The position numbers and the translations under genes were made by a program. From NCBI GenBank assembly GCA_041744375.1, contig JBGTLA010000109.1:4553-68552 (forward strand): 64,000 bases of DNA, read 5' to 3'. Below, one piece after another: positions 37,473-46,092 of the stretch (its first letter is position 1; the number at the start of each line of letters is the position of its first letter). The notes under the pieces are model-generated. The model was not told the origin of the DNA. It did not search any database and saw only the letters and a program-made list of their open reading frames with translations. This DNA is from Acidimicrobiia bacterium. GTDB taxonomy: Bacteria; Actinomycetota; Acidimicrobiia; Spongiisociales; ZC4RG35.

Positions 37473-38239
37473 GATGCCTCCGCTCCGGGTGTCTCGAACA
37501 AGAGGTCGCGGAGGGCGGCCGCATACCCGGACAGGGTCTCGGTGTGGGCGGTTTGCCCCAGGCTGCGTGGCCGGGGAACGTCGACCTCGACGATCTGGCG
37601 AATCTGGCCGGGACGCGGGGTCATGACCGCCACCCGGTCGGCCAGAATCACGGCTTCGTCGATCGAGTGGGTGACGAACACCACGGTCTGACCGCTGGCG
37701 GCGCAGATGCGCTGCAGCTCCATCGACAGCTCCTCACGCGTAAGGGCATCGAGGGCCGCGAATGGCTCGTCCATCAACAACACCTCGGGGTCGTACACGA
37801 GGGAGCGACACAACGAGGCCCGCTGCTGCATGCCACCCGAAAGTTCCCGGGGCAGTCGAGTAGCGAATTCGGTGAGACCGGTCGTCTCCAACAACTCCCC
37901 GGCTTTGCGCCGGTACGGGTCAGAATCGCCGTCCATCAACTCGATGGGCAGCATGACGTTCTCGAAGACCGTTCTCCACGGCAGCAAGGCCGGACGCTGA
38001 AACATCACGGCCACCCCCCGGCGGGGTTTCTCCACCAGGCGTCCACCCACCGTCACCTTCCCGCCAGTAGGCGGGACGAGCCCGGCGATGATACGTAACA
38101 GGGTCGACTTGCCGCAGCCCGACCGGCCGACGAGGGTGAGAAACTCACCCTCGTCGACCTGCAGGTCGATGCCGCGGAGGGCTTCGACGGCGCCTTCATT
38201 GGTGGAGAACGCCTTCGAAACCTGCTCGACCGAGATCAT
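37469..38239 (-). CDS. NitT/TauT-family ABC transporter ATP-binding protein
   Basis: GRSGCGKST, LSGGMQQR, LLMDEPFAALD. Confidence 0.85.
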   Translation of the reverse strand: MISVEQVSKAFSTNEGAVEALRGIDLQVDEGEFLTLVGRSGCGKSTLLRIIAGLVPPTGGKVTVGGRLVEKPRRGVAVMFQRPALLPWRTVFENVMLPIELMDGDSDPYRRKAGELLETTGLTEFATRLPRELSGGMQQRASLCRSLVYDPEVLLMDEPFAALDALTREELSMELQRICAASGQTVVFVTHSIDEAVILADRVAVMTPRPGQIRQIVEVDVPRPRSLGQTAHTETLSGYAAALRDLLFETPGAEAS

Positions 38240-38240
38240 G

Positions 38241-39359
38241 TCAGCCGCCGGCTACAAAACCGGGGGCGAAGACGTCGTCCACCGTCACCTCGTTCTCCAG
38301 GGCTCCGGCCTCGGACAGCTGGTCGATGATCGTCTGCACCTTGGCCGGGTCGATGCTGCCGATCGGGCCGGCGAAACCCTCCGGCATGACATAAGGTGCC
38401 ATGATGTCCACCTCTCCGGCGGCGACCACGGCGCTCTGCTCGGGCACGGCCGCCTCGAGGATGGCCCCCGTCTCCTCGGGGTTCTGGATCGAGTACTCGA
38501 GGCCCCGCAGCAGCGCCGAAATGAACCTCTCGACGACCTCGGGTTGCTCGTCGATCATGTCCTGGCGAGCGAGGATGAGGTTGCCGTACAGGTCCGGCAG
38601 GTATTCGCTGTAGGGGAAGAAAACGGCGGTGTCTCCGGTGGCCGCCTCGATCAGTCCCTTCCCGACCACGAATTGCCCGATGTAGTCGACCTCACCGGAA
38701 GCCAGCAGGCGGGGCAGGTCGGGCGGGGGGGCGGGGACGAACTCGACGGTCGAGTCGTCGAAACCGGCCGCATCGGCGAAGAAGGGAAAGAGGATGCGAA
38801 CCGTGGAACCGGCGGCATCGGCGAAGGTCTTACCCGCCAGGTCGGTCACCTCGGAGATCCCTGTCGACTCCGTGGTGGCGATGGCGGCGAGGGTGTTTTG
38901 CTGGATAGCAGCCACCCCCTTCACCTCGAGTCCTTGGTTGGCGATGGTCAAGATGGCGGTTGCGGCGTCGCCAGGTCCGAAGTCCGCCGTGCCGGCGGCG
39001 ATGAAGCGCATCACGTCGACAGTGCCCGAACCGGGACTGATGGTCACGTCGAGACCCACCTCGTCGAAGTAACCCAATTCCTGGGCGACGTATACGTAGG
39101 CATCCCGGCCGAAGGTGCTGAACGAGGTGAGATAGTCGATCGACACCCTCTCGACCGGCGCCGTCGTGTCGGGTGGGGTGGTCGTCTCGGGCGGCGTCGT
39201 CGTGTGGGCGGTGGTGTCGGGAGTGTCGGGTGCTGCGGTGGTGGTGGGGGCCGCGGGGGCCGTTGTGTCTGGGGTGCCAGAATCGCCACAGGCTGCTGCG
39301 ACCAGGGCGATGGCAAGCATGAGAACCAGCACCTTCAGCGGTGATGAGATCCGTTGCAT
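38241..39359 (-). CDS. NMT1/THI5-like (SsuA/ThiY-type) ABC transporter substrate-binding lipoprotein
   Basis: Lipobox LVAAACGD, a Thr/Pro-rich linker and an NMT1-like periplasmic-binding-protein body. Confidence 0.75.
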   Translation of the reverse strand: MQRISSPLKVLVLMLAIALVAAACGDSGTPDTTAPAAPTTTAAPDTPDTTAHTTTPPETTTPPDTTAPVERVSIDYLTSFSTFGRDAYVYVAQELGYFDEVGLDVTISPGSGTVDVMRFIAAGTADFGPGDAATAILTIANQGLEVKGVAAIQQNTLAAIATTESTGISEVTDLAGKTFADAAGSTVRILFPFFADAAGFDDSTVEFVPAPPPDLPRLLASGEVDYIGQFVVGKGLIEAATGDTAVFFPYSEYLPDLYGNLILARQDMIDEQPEVVERFISALLRGLEYSIQNPEETGAILEAAVPEQSAVVAAGEVDIMAPYVMPEGFAGPIGSIDPAKVQTIIDQLSEAGALENEVTVDDVFAPGFVAGG

Positions 39360-39424
39360 TATGATCCTTCCTGATAATCGCGTCGCCGTTTCTCCCTGGT
39401 GGGAAACTTGACGCCCGGCTTGAT

Positions 39425-39441
39425 TTGATCAAAGATATATC
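39425..39441. promoter_or_regulatory. Two adjacent perfect palindromes, TTGATCAA and GATATATC, in the AT-rich divergent promoter region between the NitT/TauT operon and the P450 operon
   Basis: Read from the sequence. Strongly AT-rich against a 70% GC background. Confidence 0.3.
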
Positions 39442-39579
39442 ATCAATGAGGCTCTGGCAACTCGGTGGTGCAAGGACAGTCTTGAACAAATCGTTCCAGT
39501 CTTGGGGGCTAGTCCTCCTAACTGGGACCTTGCCGAGTTTCAGGTCGGCTTTCACTGCTATTCAACACCGTCCAAGTCC

Positions 39580-40815
39580 ATGATCGGCTCCTGTCCTCTT
39601 CGTTTCGACCCCCTCTCACCCGACCAGCTCGCCGACCCCTATCCGACATACGCCTCCTTACGTGAGCGGTCTCCGGTTCATTACGAGCCCGAGCATGACC
39701 TTTGGATCGTATCCCGTCACGAAGACGTGGTGGCGGTCTCTCTCAACACGGCAGACTTCTCTTCTGTCGGGTCCGTGCAGTCGACCACGACACCCTATCC
39801 GGACGAGGTGCAGGAGGTGCTGGCGGGAGGAATCGGAGAGATGATCTGGATGACCGCATCCGACGATCCCGATCATCGACGCGTGCGCGGCCTTATCAAT
39901 CGAGTGTTCACCCCCAAGCGGGTACGCGATCTCGAACCCCAGATCGAACGGTATGTCCATGCTCTCATCGATGAGTTCGCCGGTGACGGTCGCGCCGACA
40001 TCATCGAACGGTTTGCCTGGCCGTTGCCCCTGTGGGGGTTAGTCGAAATCCTGGGGATCCCGCGCAGTGATCTGGAGCGGCTCCACAAGTGGAGTTACGA
40101 GTGGCTGCGCCTCATGCAGGTGACAGACCCCCTCGACCAGCTCGTCGCCTACGCCCACAGCTTCGTGGAACTTCAGCACTACGTTCTCGATGCGCTCCAC
40201 CGTCGCCAGGCCGAGCCCACCGACGACCTCATGACCGGTCTCCTCGAGGCGCGTCTCACCGTGGACCCTCCCCTGTCGGTCACCCAGTTGGCGTGGGTGC
40301 CCATGAACTTGATCGTGGCCGGCCACGTCACCGTGACCCGTGCCATCGGGAGCGGTCTGGTCTCGTTGATCGACCGGCCGGAACAGATGGAGAAGGTCCG
40401 GAAAGCGTCCGACGGGGTGATGGCCAACGCTGTCGAAGAGATCCTGCGCTACGAGTCTCCCGCCCAGGGCCTATTCCGGACAGCCCTGCGAGACGTGGAG
40501 ATCGCCGGGACTGTGATCCCCGAGGGGGCCAAGGTCATGGTTCATTACGGCTCCGCCAATCGCGACCCGGCGCTCTTCGACGGTCCCGCCGAGTTCCGCA
40601 TCGACCGTCCCGACGTTCGTCACCACGTGGCGTTTGGCAAGGGTGCCCACTTCTGCGTGGGTGCCCCGCTGGCACGGGCCGAGCTGAAGCACTCCTTTCG
40701 GGGTCTCCTCGATCGGCTTCCCGGTCTGCGTCGGGCCGGGGAAGGCACTCGAGACACCATCTTTTTCGCCCGGGGGTGGTCGAGCCTCCCCCTGGCGTGG
40801 GATCCTCCCCGATGA
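39580..40815 (+). CDS. Cytochrome P450
   Basis: Heme-ligand loop FGKGAHFCVGAPLA, EXXR (EEILRYES) and I-helix region. The start at 39580 is uncertain; the track begins at 39502. Confidence 0.85.
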   Translation: MIGSCPLRFDPLSPDQLADPYPTYASLRERSPVHYEPEHDLWIVSRHEDVVAVSLNTADFSSVGSVQSTTTPYPDEVQEVLAGGIGEMIWMTASDDPDHRRVRGLINRVFTPKRVRDLEPQIERYVHALIDEFAGDGRADIIERFAWPLPLWGLVEILGIPRSDLERLHKWSYEWLRLMQVTDPLDQLVAYAHSFVELQHYVLDALHRRQAEPTDDLMTGLLEARLTVDPPLSVTQLAWVPMNLIVAGHVTVTRAIGSGLVSLIDRPEQMEKVRKASDGVMANAVEEILRYESPAQGLFRTALRDVEIAGTVIPEGAKVMVHYGSANRDPALFDGPAEFRIDRPDVRHHVAFGKGAHFCVGAPLARAELKHSFRGLLDRLPGLRRAGEGTRDTIFFARGWSSLPLAWDPPR

Positions 40816-41624
40816 CCTCACCGGTGCATGTCTTCACGGTGGTCGACGGCCGCCGGCTCCATCACCTCGACTACGGAGGGGAGGGACCACCCATCGTGCT
40901 CGTCCACGGTGTCCTCGGAAACGCCTGGATGTGGAGCGGGGTTGCTGGCCGTCTGACGGGCCACGGCCGGGTGATCGCTCTCGACCTCCGGGGCTACGGA
41001 GACTCGCAGTGGTCGGTGGAGGGAGCCGATCCGACCACCGCCCACGCCTCCGACCTGGCTGGTCTGGCCGACGCCCATGGATGGCCCTCGATCACTCTCG
41101 TCGGATTCTCGCTCGGGGGACTCGTCGGATTGGCCCTCTGGGAGCTCCGGCCTGAGCTCGTGACACGCTTGGTGATGGTCGACCTGGCTCCCTCCTCAAC
41201 CCGCACCGAGACAGATGTGCAACCGATCCCGATGACTGTCGCCGGCCATGCTGAGGCGGTGGCGGTCGAACGGGCCGGCCTGCCTCACACCTCCGACGAA
41301 CTGGTTGAGGTGATGGCCGGCCACGGCTGGAGACCGGGTACCGACGGGATGCTGGTGCGCAAACACCATCCTGGCATCGCCTCGCGCTGGCGTTTTCGCA
41401 GCGAAGATTGGTGGCACACGGTGGATCGATTCGAGCCACCCCTCTTGTTCGTCCACGCCCCCGACAGCCCCGTCTGTCCGCCCGCCGAGGCGGGCGCGGT
41501 TGCCGAGCGAGCGCGCCGTGGCCACATGGTCGCGGTGAGCGGATCCGGCCACCTCATCCCTCTCGAGCAGCCGGACGCCTTTGTCGCCCACGTGATCGAG
41601 TTCTTGGACGACTCTGTTGCCTAG
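40812..41624 (+). CDS. Alpha/beta-fold hydrolase
   Basis: 270 aa. PIVLVHGVLGN and the GFSLGG nucleophile elbow. ATGA overlap with the P450 stop. Confidence 0.8.
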   Translation: MTSPVHVFTVVDGRRLHHLDYGGEGPPIVLVHGVLGNAWMWSGVAGRLTGHGRVIALDLRGYGDSQWSVEGADPTTAHASDLAGLADAHGWPSITLVGFSLGGLVGLALWELRPELVTRLVMVDLAPSSTRTETDVQPIPMTVAGHAEAVAVERAGLPHTSDELVEVMAGHGWRPGTDGMLVRKHHPGIASRWRFRSEDWWHTVDRFEPPLLFVHAPDSPVCPPAEAGAVAERARRGHMVAVSGSGHLIPLEQPDAFVAHVIEFLDDSVA

Positions 41625-42360
41625 CAGCGTCGTGATCGTCACGGGCGGAGCCAAAGGCATCGGCCTCGCCTATGTGAAAGGCCTCGCTGCCCGGGGACAC
41701 CGGATCGTCGTCGCCGACCTCAGCAATGGCAGCGAGGCAGTGGCGACGGCACGCGCCGCGGGAGCCGAAGCGATCTCGGTGGTCGTCGACGTGGCGGATG
41801 AAACAGCCACCGACGCCATGGCCACGGCCACGCTCGAACGTTTCGGCCGCATCGACGCCCTCGTCAACAATGCCGGCTACTTCAGCCAGATCCACAAGAC
41901 CACTTTCGACCAACTCACAGTCGAAGAATGGGACAGGGTCTTCGCCGTGAACGTCCGTGGAACCTGGTTGTGCGCCAAAGCTGTGGCTCCCGCCATGAAG
42001 GCCCAGGGCTCGGGACGCATCATCAACACCTCGTCGATGACGGTCCCCACCGGAGTGCCCCATTTTCTGCACTACGTTGCCTCCAAGTCGGCGATCGTCG
42101 GTCTGACCCGCTCCCTCGCCAGAGAGTTGGGCGAGTTCGGGATCTCCGTCAACACCGTCAGCCCCGACTACATCCCCCACGATCGCGACTATGCGGGCCG
42201 CCAGCCGGAAATGGCCGAGTTCATCCGCAACCAGCGCTGCTTCGCGCGCGATCAAGAACCCGAGGACATGGTGGGCGTGGTGGCCTTCTTGGTGTCGCCG
42301 GACTCAGACTTCATCACGGGTCAGAACTTCTACGTCAACGGAGGCCGGTGGTTTGGCTGA
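41617..42360 (+). CDS. SDR-family oxidoreductase
   Basis: TGGAKGIG and YVASK motifs. TTG start overlaps the upstream stop. Confidence 0.85.
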   Translation: MPSSVVIVTGGAKGIGLAYVKGLAARGHRIVVADLSNGSEAVATARAAGAEAISVVVDVADETATDAMATATLERFGRIDALVNNAGYFSQIHKTTFDQLTVEEWDRVFAVNVRGTWLCAKAVAPAMKAQGSGRIINTSSMTVPTGVPHFLHYVASKSAIVGLTRSLARELGEFGISVNTVSPDYIPHDRDYAGRQPEMAEFIRNQRCFARDQEPEDMVGVVAFLVSPDSDFITGQNFYVNGGRWFG

Positions 42361-42366
42361 CCGGGC

Positions 42367-42966
42367 TCAGCTCTCGATGGGGCGACCAAACGTGACGGCG
42401 TCGAGGACCGGCGGCGGGGCGGTGCGGCGATAGGCGCCGTCGGGGTGGGCTCCCAGGGCGTCGTTGACGGTAGAAAAGGCGATGCGCAGGGCCACGTACG
42501 TGGTCATGGCGAAGATCTGCTGGTCCTCGAAGCCGGCTTCTCGCAATGCCCGCACATCGCCCTCGTCGATGCCGTTGGGATCCCGGGTGACCTTGCGAGC
42601 CCAGTCGGCCATGACTTGCTCGGGCGACGTGAGACCAGCGTCGTGCGCCAACAAGACCCCGGCGGCAGTGTCGGCACCGGCTGCTGCAGCCAGCCTCGAA
42701 CCCCAGGCCAGCGAGCAGTAAGAATCGCCCAGGGTGGAAGCGGAGGCCGTCACCAGGATGGCCCGCTGACGCACGGTCAACCCACCGGCCTTGGTCACTG
42801 CCTCCATCAGCTCGAATAGGCCCTCGTGCGTCTCCGGCTGGTAGCCCCACAGGCGAGACGAATTCATGACATACCCGACCTCTTCGATGTCCTCGTCGAA
42901 TATGGCCCGGACCGCCGGGGTCGTCGCGGGCGCCGAGAGGAAGAGCGTTTGCTTTCTGGTCGACAA
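42367..42966 (-). CDS. Carboxymuconolactone decarboxylase (AhpD-like) family protein
   Basis: 199 aa, all-helical. A CxxxH-like region (CSLAWGSRL) resembles the AhpD/CMD core. Confidence 0.65.
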   Translation of the reverse strand: MSTRKQTLFLSAPATTPAVRAIFDEDIEEVGYVMNSSRLWGYQPETHEGLFELMEAVTKAGGLTVRQRAILVTASASTLGDSYCSLAWGSRLAAAAGADTAAGVLLAHDAGLTSPEQVMADWARKVTRDPNGIDEGDVRALREAGFEDQQIFAMTTYVALRIAFSTVNDALGAHPDGAYRRTAPPPVLDAVTFGRPIES

Positions 42967-43015
42967 TGCAACTCCTCTGATTGGGACGGAGTCAGTATCC
43001 CACCGGCCGACCTAC

Positions 43016-44257
43016 TCAGCTCGCGACGGGGCGAGCCTGGCGTATGGCCGTGGCCGCCATCCCCGCCAGCACAGCCATCGCCCCGGCGGCGAGGAAGGCC
43101 GGGGCGTAGTTGCCGGCCTGTTCGCGCACCACTCCCCCCGCCCAGGCGGCGAAGGCGGCTCCCACCTGGTGGGAGGCGAAGATCCACCCGTACACGGTGC
43201 CGACATTCTGGCGCCCGAACACGTCAGCGGCCAGGGCAACGGTTGGTGGAACCGTGGCGATGTAGTCGAGCCCGAAGAGGACGGCGAAGGCGATCAGCCC
43301 CAGCTGATCATGGATGACGGGGATCAGAAACAAAGAGATTCCCCGGAACCCGTAGTACATGAGGAGTAAGCGTCGGGGGTCGTAGCGATCGGTGAGCCAG
43401 CCCGAGGCGATGGTACCGACGAAGTTGAACCCACCCATCACAGCCAGGGTCCCTGCCGCCACCGACTGCGTGAAGCCATGCTCGACGGCGTGAGCGATGA
43501 AATGGGTCCCGACGATGCCGTTGGAGGTGAGCCCACAAATACCGAAGGTGCCTACCAGGAGCCAGAAGTCGACACTCCGCACCGCCTGGCGCATGATGCG
43601 GGCGTCCGGTTTCGGGGGGATGACCGTAACGGTGCCTCCGTAGGGGGGGAGATCCATGTCGGCGGGGTCGTCGCGCACCAACAACGCCACCGGCACGATC
43701 AACAGTCCCGCAACGGCGGCGATCCACAGCGACGTCTGGCGCCAGCCGATGCCGAGGGTGAGGCTGCTGAGCCAGGGCACAAAAACGAGCTGCCCGGCCG
43801 AGGTGGTGGCACCGAAGATGCCCACCACCAGGCCGCGGCGTTCCACGAACCAGCGGTTGGCTACGGCCGCCCCCAACACGGAACCCAACAAACCGGTGCC
43901 GACCCCACTGAGAACGCCGAAGAAGAGGGCAAGCTGGACGGCGTTCTGGGAAGCGGCGCTGAGGAGCATGGATCCTCCCGAAACCACCAGCCCGGCCACG
44001 GCCACCGCCCTGGAACCGACCCGGTCGATGAGCTTTCCAGACAACGGCGCCGACAAACCGTAGACCAACAACCCGAGCGAAACCGCCAGCGAGACCGTCG
44101 ACCGGCCCAGGCCCATGTCGCCCTCGATCGGCAGCAGGAAAACACCCGGGGCCGAGCGAATCCCGGCGGTGAGGAAGACCGCCGCACCGGATGCGATAAC
44201 CACCCACCAGGCGTAGTGGATCTTCGACCATTTCGATGACCGTCGGCCGACCCTCAC
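43016..44257 (-). CDS. MFS transporter (oxalate:formate-antiporter-like)
   Basis: 413 aa, 12 predicted TM helices. An MFS signature appears between TM2 and TM3 (GKLIDRVGSR). Confidence 0.8.
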   Translation of the reverse strand: MRVGRRSSKWSKIHYAWWVVIASGAAVFLTAGIRSAPGVFLLPIEGDMGLGRSTVSLAVSLGLLVYGLSAPLSGKLIDRVGSRAVAVAGLVVSGGSMLLSAASQNAVQLALFFGVLSGVGTGLLGSVLGAAVANRWFVERRGLVVGIFGATTSAGQLVFVPWLSSLTLGIGWRQTSLWIAAVAGLLIVPVALLVRDDPADMDLPPYGGTVTVIPPKPDARIMRQAVRSVDFWLLVGTFGICGLTSNGIVGTHFIAHAVEHGFTQSVAAGTLAVMGGFNFVGTIASGWLTDRYDPRRLLLMYYGFRGISLFLIPVIHDQLGLIAFAVLFGLDYIATVPPTVALAADVFGRQNVGTVYGWIFASHQVGAAFAAWAGGVVREQAGNYAPAFLAAGAMAVLAGMAATAIRQARPVAS

Positions 44258-44455
44258 GTGCGTCCTTTCGGCTGGCGGCCGCCGGGCCGCCGACCGCTAC
44301 AAGATAGACCCACGTGCTCCCTCACGATTCTCTCGGGGAGGCTTCGTTCCCGTGTCGGTGCTGTATGAGGGTGGTTGCCCGGGGTTGTAAACGAAAAGGT
44401 GCCCGCGGTTCCCTCGACGGCTGCACGCGAGACCAGTACCTACTCCGAGGGCGGT

Positions 44456-45490
44456 TCAGCGATCGCGCTCCACCATGTAGGCGATGAGGCCCTTCACGAA
44501 ACGCCGGGCGGGTGAGTCTCCTACGTCGACAAAGGCTTCCTCGAAGGCGACGGCGGCAGATCGGGCGATTCCCTGCGCAAACTCATTCGCAAACTCCACG
44601 CTGCCGTGCTCCTGCATCAGCGCGAACACCTCCTCGATCAAGGCATCGGATCGGAAATGTGGGTCCGTGGCCAAATAGCGCTCGAGTTGGTGGCGATGGA
44701 TCGGGTCGGCGGCGGTGAGGAGGTGGAGCAGCATCAATGTCCGCTTTCCCTCGCGCAGGTCGCCCCGCGCCTCTTTGCCGTAGAGGTCAGGGGATCCAGT
44801 GAGGTTGAGGATGTCGTCGCGTATCTGAAAGGCCGCCCCGAGAAAGAACCCGAAGCGCACCATCGGTGTGGGGTCGACCGCTCCCTGGGTTCCGATGAGT
44901 GCCCCCACCCGCAGTGGAAGCACCGTGGTGTACCAGCAGGTCTTCTTCATGATCATGTCGAGGTAGTCGTCGGGGGTGAGATCGGTGCGCCCATCGCGCT
45001 GCCATCCCAGCTCGATCGCCTGGCCTTCGACGGTCTGGAGGGCCATGAAATCGAACTCGGACCAGACCCGGGCGGCGAGGCGCCGGCCCAGCCTTCGCTG
45101 GTTGCCCTTCAGCGCCCCGAGGGCGAAAACGGCGAGGCCGTCGCCGGCGTTGATGGCCAGCGCCCGGCCGAAGCTGCGATGCAGTGTGGGTTTGCCTCGC
45201 CGCAGTTCGCTGCCGTCTTCTACGTCGTCATGGATTAAGAAGGCGGTGTGGAACAGTTCGAGAGCGGCCGCCGAGCCCAACGCGTCATCCACGGTACCTC
45301 CGAAGGCCTCGCAGGTGGCGAGGCACAAGGCCGGCCGGAGCCCCTTGCCTCCCCGAGCGAGATAGTCGGTGGCGGGAGCCACCAGGTAGCGGGAGGTTTC
45401 TTGGTTGGGGATATAGGAGGCGGCGGCCCGCCGGGCCATCTGGCTGTAGCGCCCCAGCTCGTTCGAGAAACCGGTGCGAGTGGTGGTCAT
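44456..45490 (-). CDS. Polyprenyl diphosphate synthase (trans-IPPS; GGPP/FPP-synthase-like)
   Basis: First aspartate-rich motif LIHDDVED, second FQIRDDILN; KGLRPAL near the N-terminus. Confidence 0.85.
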   Translation of the reverse strand: MTTTRTGFSNELGRYSQMARRAAASYIPNQETSRYLVAPATDYLARGGKGLRPALCLATCEAFGGTVDDALGSAAALELFHTAFLIHDDVEDGSELRRGKPTLHRSFGRALAINAGDGLAVFALGALKGNQRRLGRRLAARVWSEFDFMALQTVEGQAIELGWQRDGRTDLTPDDYLDMIMKKTCWYTTVLPLRVGALIGTQGAVDPTPMVRFGFFLGAAFQIRDDILNLTGSPDLYGKEARGDLREGKRTLMLLHLLTAADPIHRHQLERYLATDPHFRSDALIEEVFALMQEHGSVEFANEFAQGIARSAAVAFEEAFVDVGDSPARRFVKGLIAYMVERDR

Positions 45491-46092
45491 CGCCTGGCCT
45501 CCTCTCGATTCAGGACCTCCAGCTGCAGAGCTACCGGTTCGTCAGGAGCCGTGGAGATCAGAACGAGGCCGTGGTAGTGCCCGGACGGCTGGCCCTCGCC
45601 GACATCTACTCGGAGGCGGACCTCCCGGCTGGTCGACGGGCCGATGCGATCGATCTTCGCCGGTGACACCGACACCGTCGCGGCAGGAATGACGACACCA
45701 CCCAGCGACGCCAGGTCGGTCACTTCGACATGGAGGCCACCCGAAGACTGCGTGGTGAGATTGTGCACCCACACAGAAGTCGCCGAGCTGCCCGCCGGTC
45801 GCACCGCAGGAAAGAGGGCCCGCTCGATCACTGGTGCGCCGGGTTTGCGTTCGGTGCGCGACTCGACCAGCTCCGTGGTGGTGGCGAGAAACCGCAGATA
45901 AGCATCCGTCAGCCGGGCGGCCCGGCCGAGCTCCAAGGGCGGGGGTGGTTCATCTGGCATAGAAGGCAGCACGTCGAGGCGGTCGTTCGATGTCGCCCTG
46001 TCGACCATTCCGGCGTAGCGCTCGACCACGGCTGCTGCCGAGAAGAGGCCGAAGAGCTGCACATCCGCAACGAGGTCCCGGCGGTTGGTCAT
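45487..46092 (-). CDS. Hypothetical protein (201 aa), translationally coupled between the FAD oxidoreductase and the polyprenyl synthase
   Basis: ATGA overlap with the upstream gene and 4-nt overlap with the downstream gene. No recognisable motif. The C-terminal half looks beta-rich. Confidence 0.5.
   Translation of the reverse strand: MTNRRDLVADVQLFGLFSAAAVVERYAGMVDRATSNDRLDVLPSMPDEPPPPLELGRAARLTDAYLRFLATTTELVESRTERKPGAPVIERALFPAVRPAGSSATSVWVHNLTTQSSGGLHVEVTDLASLGGVVIPAATVSVSPAKIDRIGPSTSREVRLRVDVGEGQPSGHYHGLVLISTAPDEPVALQLEVLNREEARR

Noticed and set aside
44456-45490. Possibility that the polyprenyl synthase and FAD oxidoreductase (crtE/crtI-like) constitute a retinal-supply pathway for the heliorhodopsin at 1320-2081.
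   Set aside because: The cluster has no phytoene synthase (crtB), lycopene cyclase (crtY) or carotenoid cleavage oxygenase (blh/brp). The 201-aa partner lacks the phytoene-synthase DxxxD motifs. The loci are 43 kb apart on different operons.
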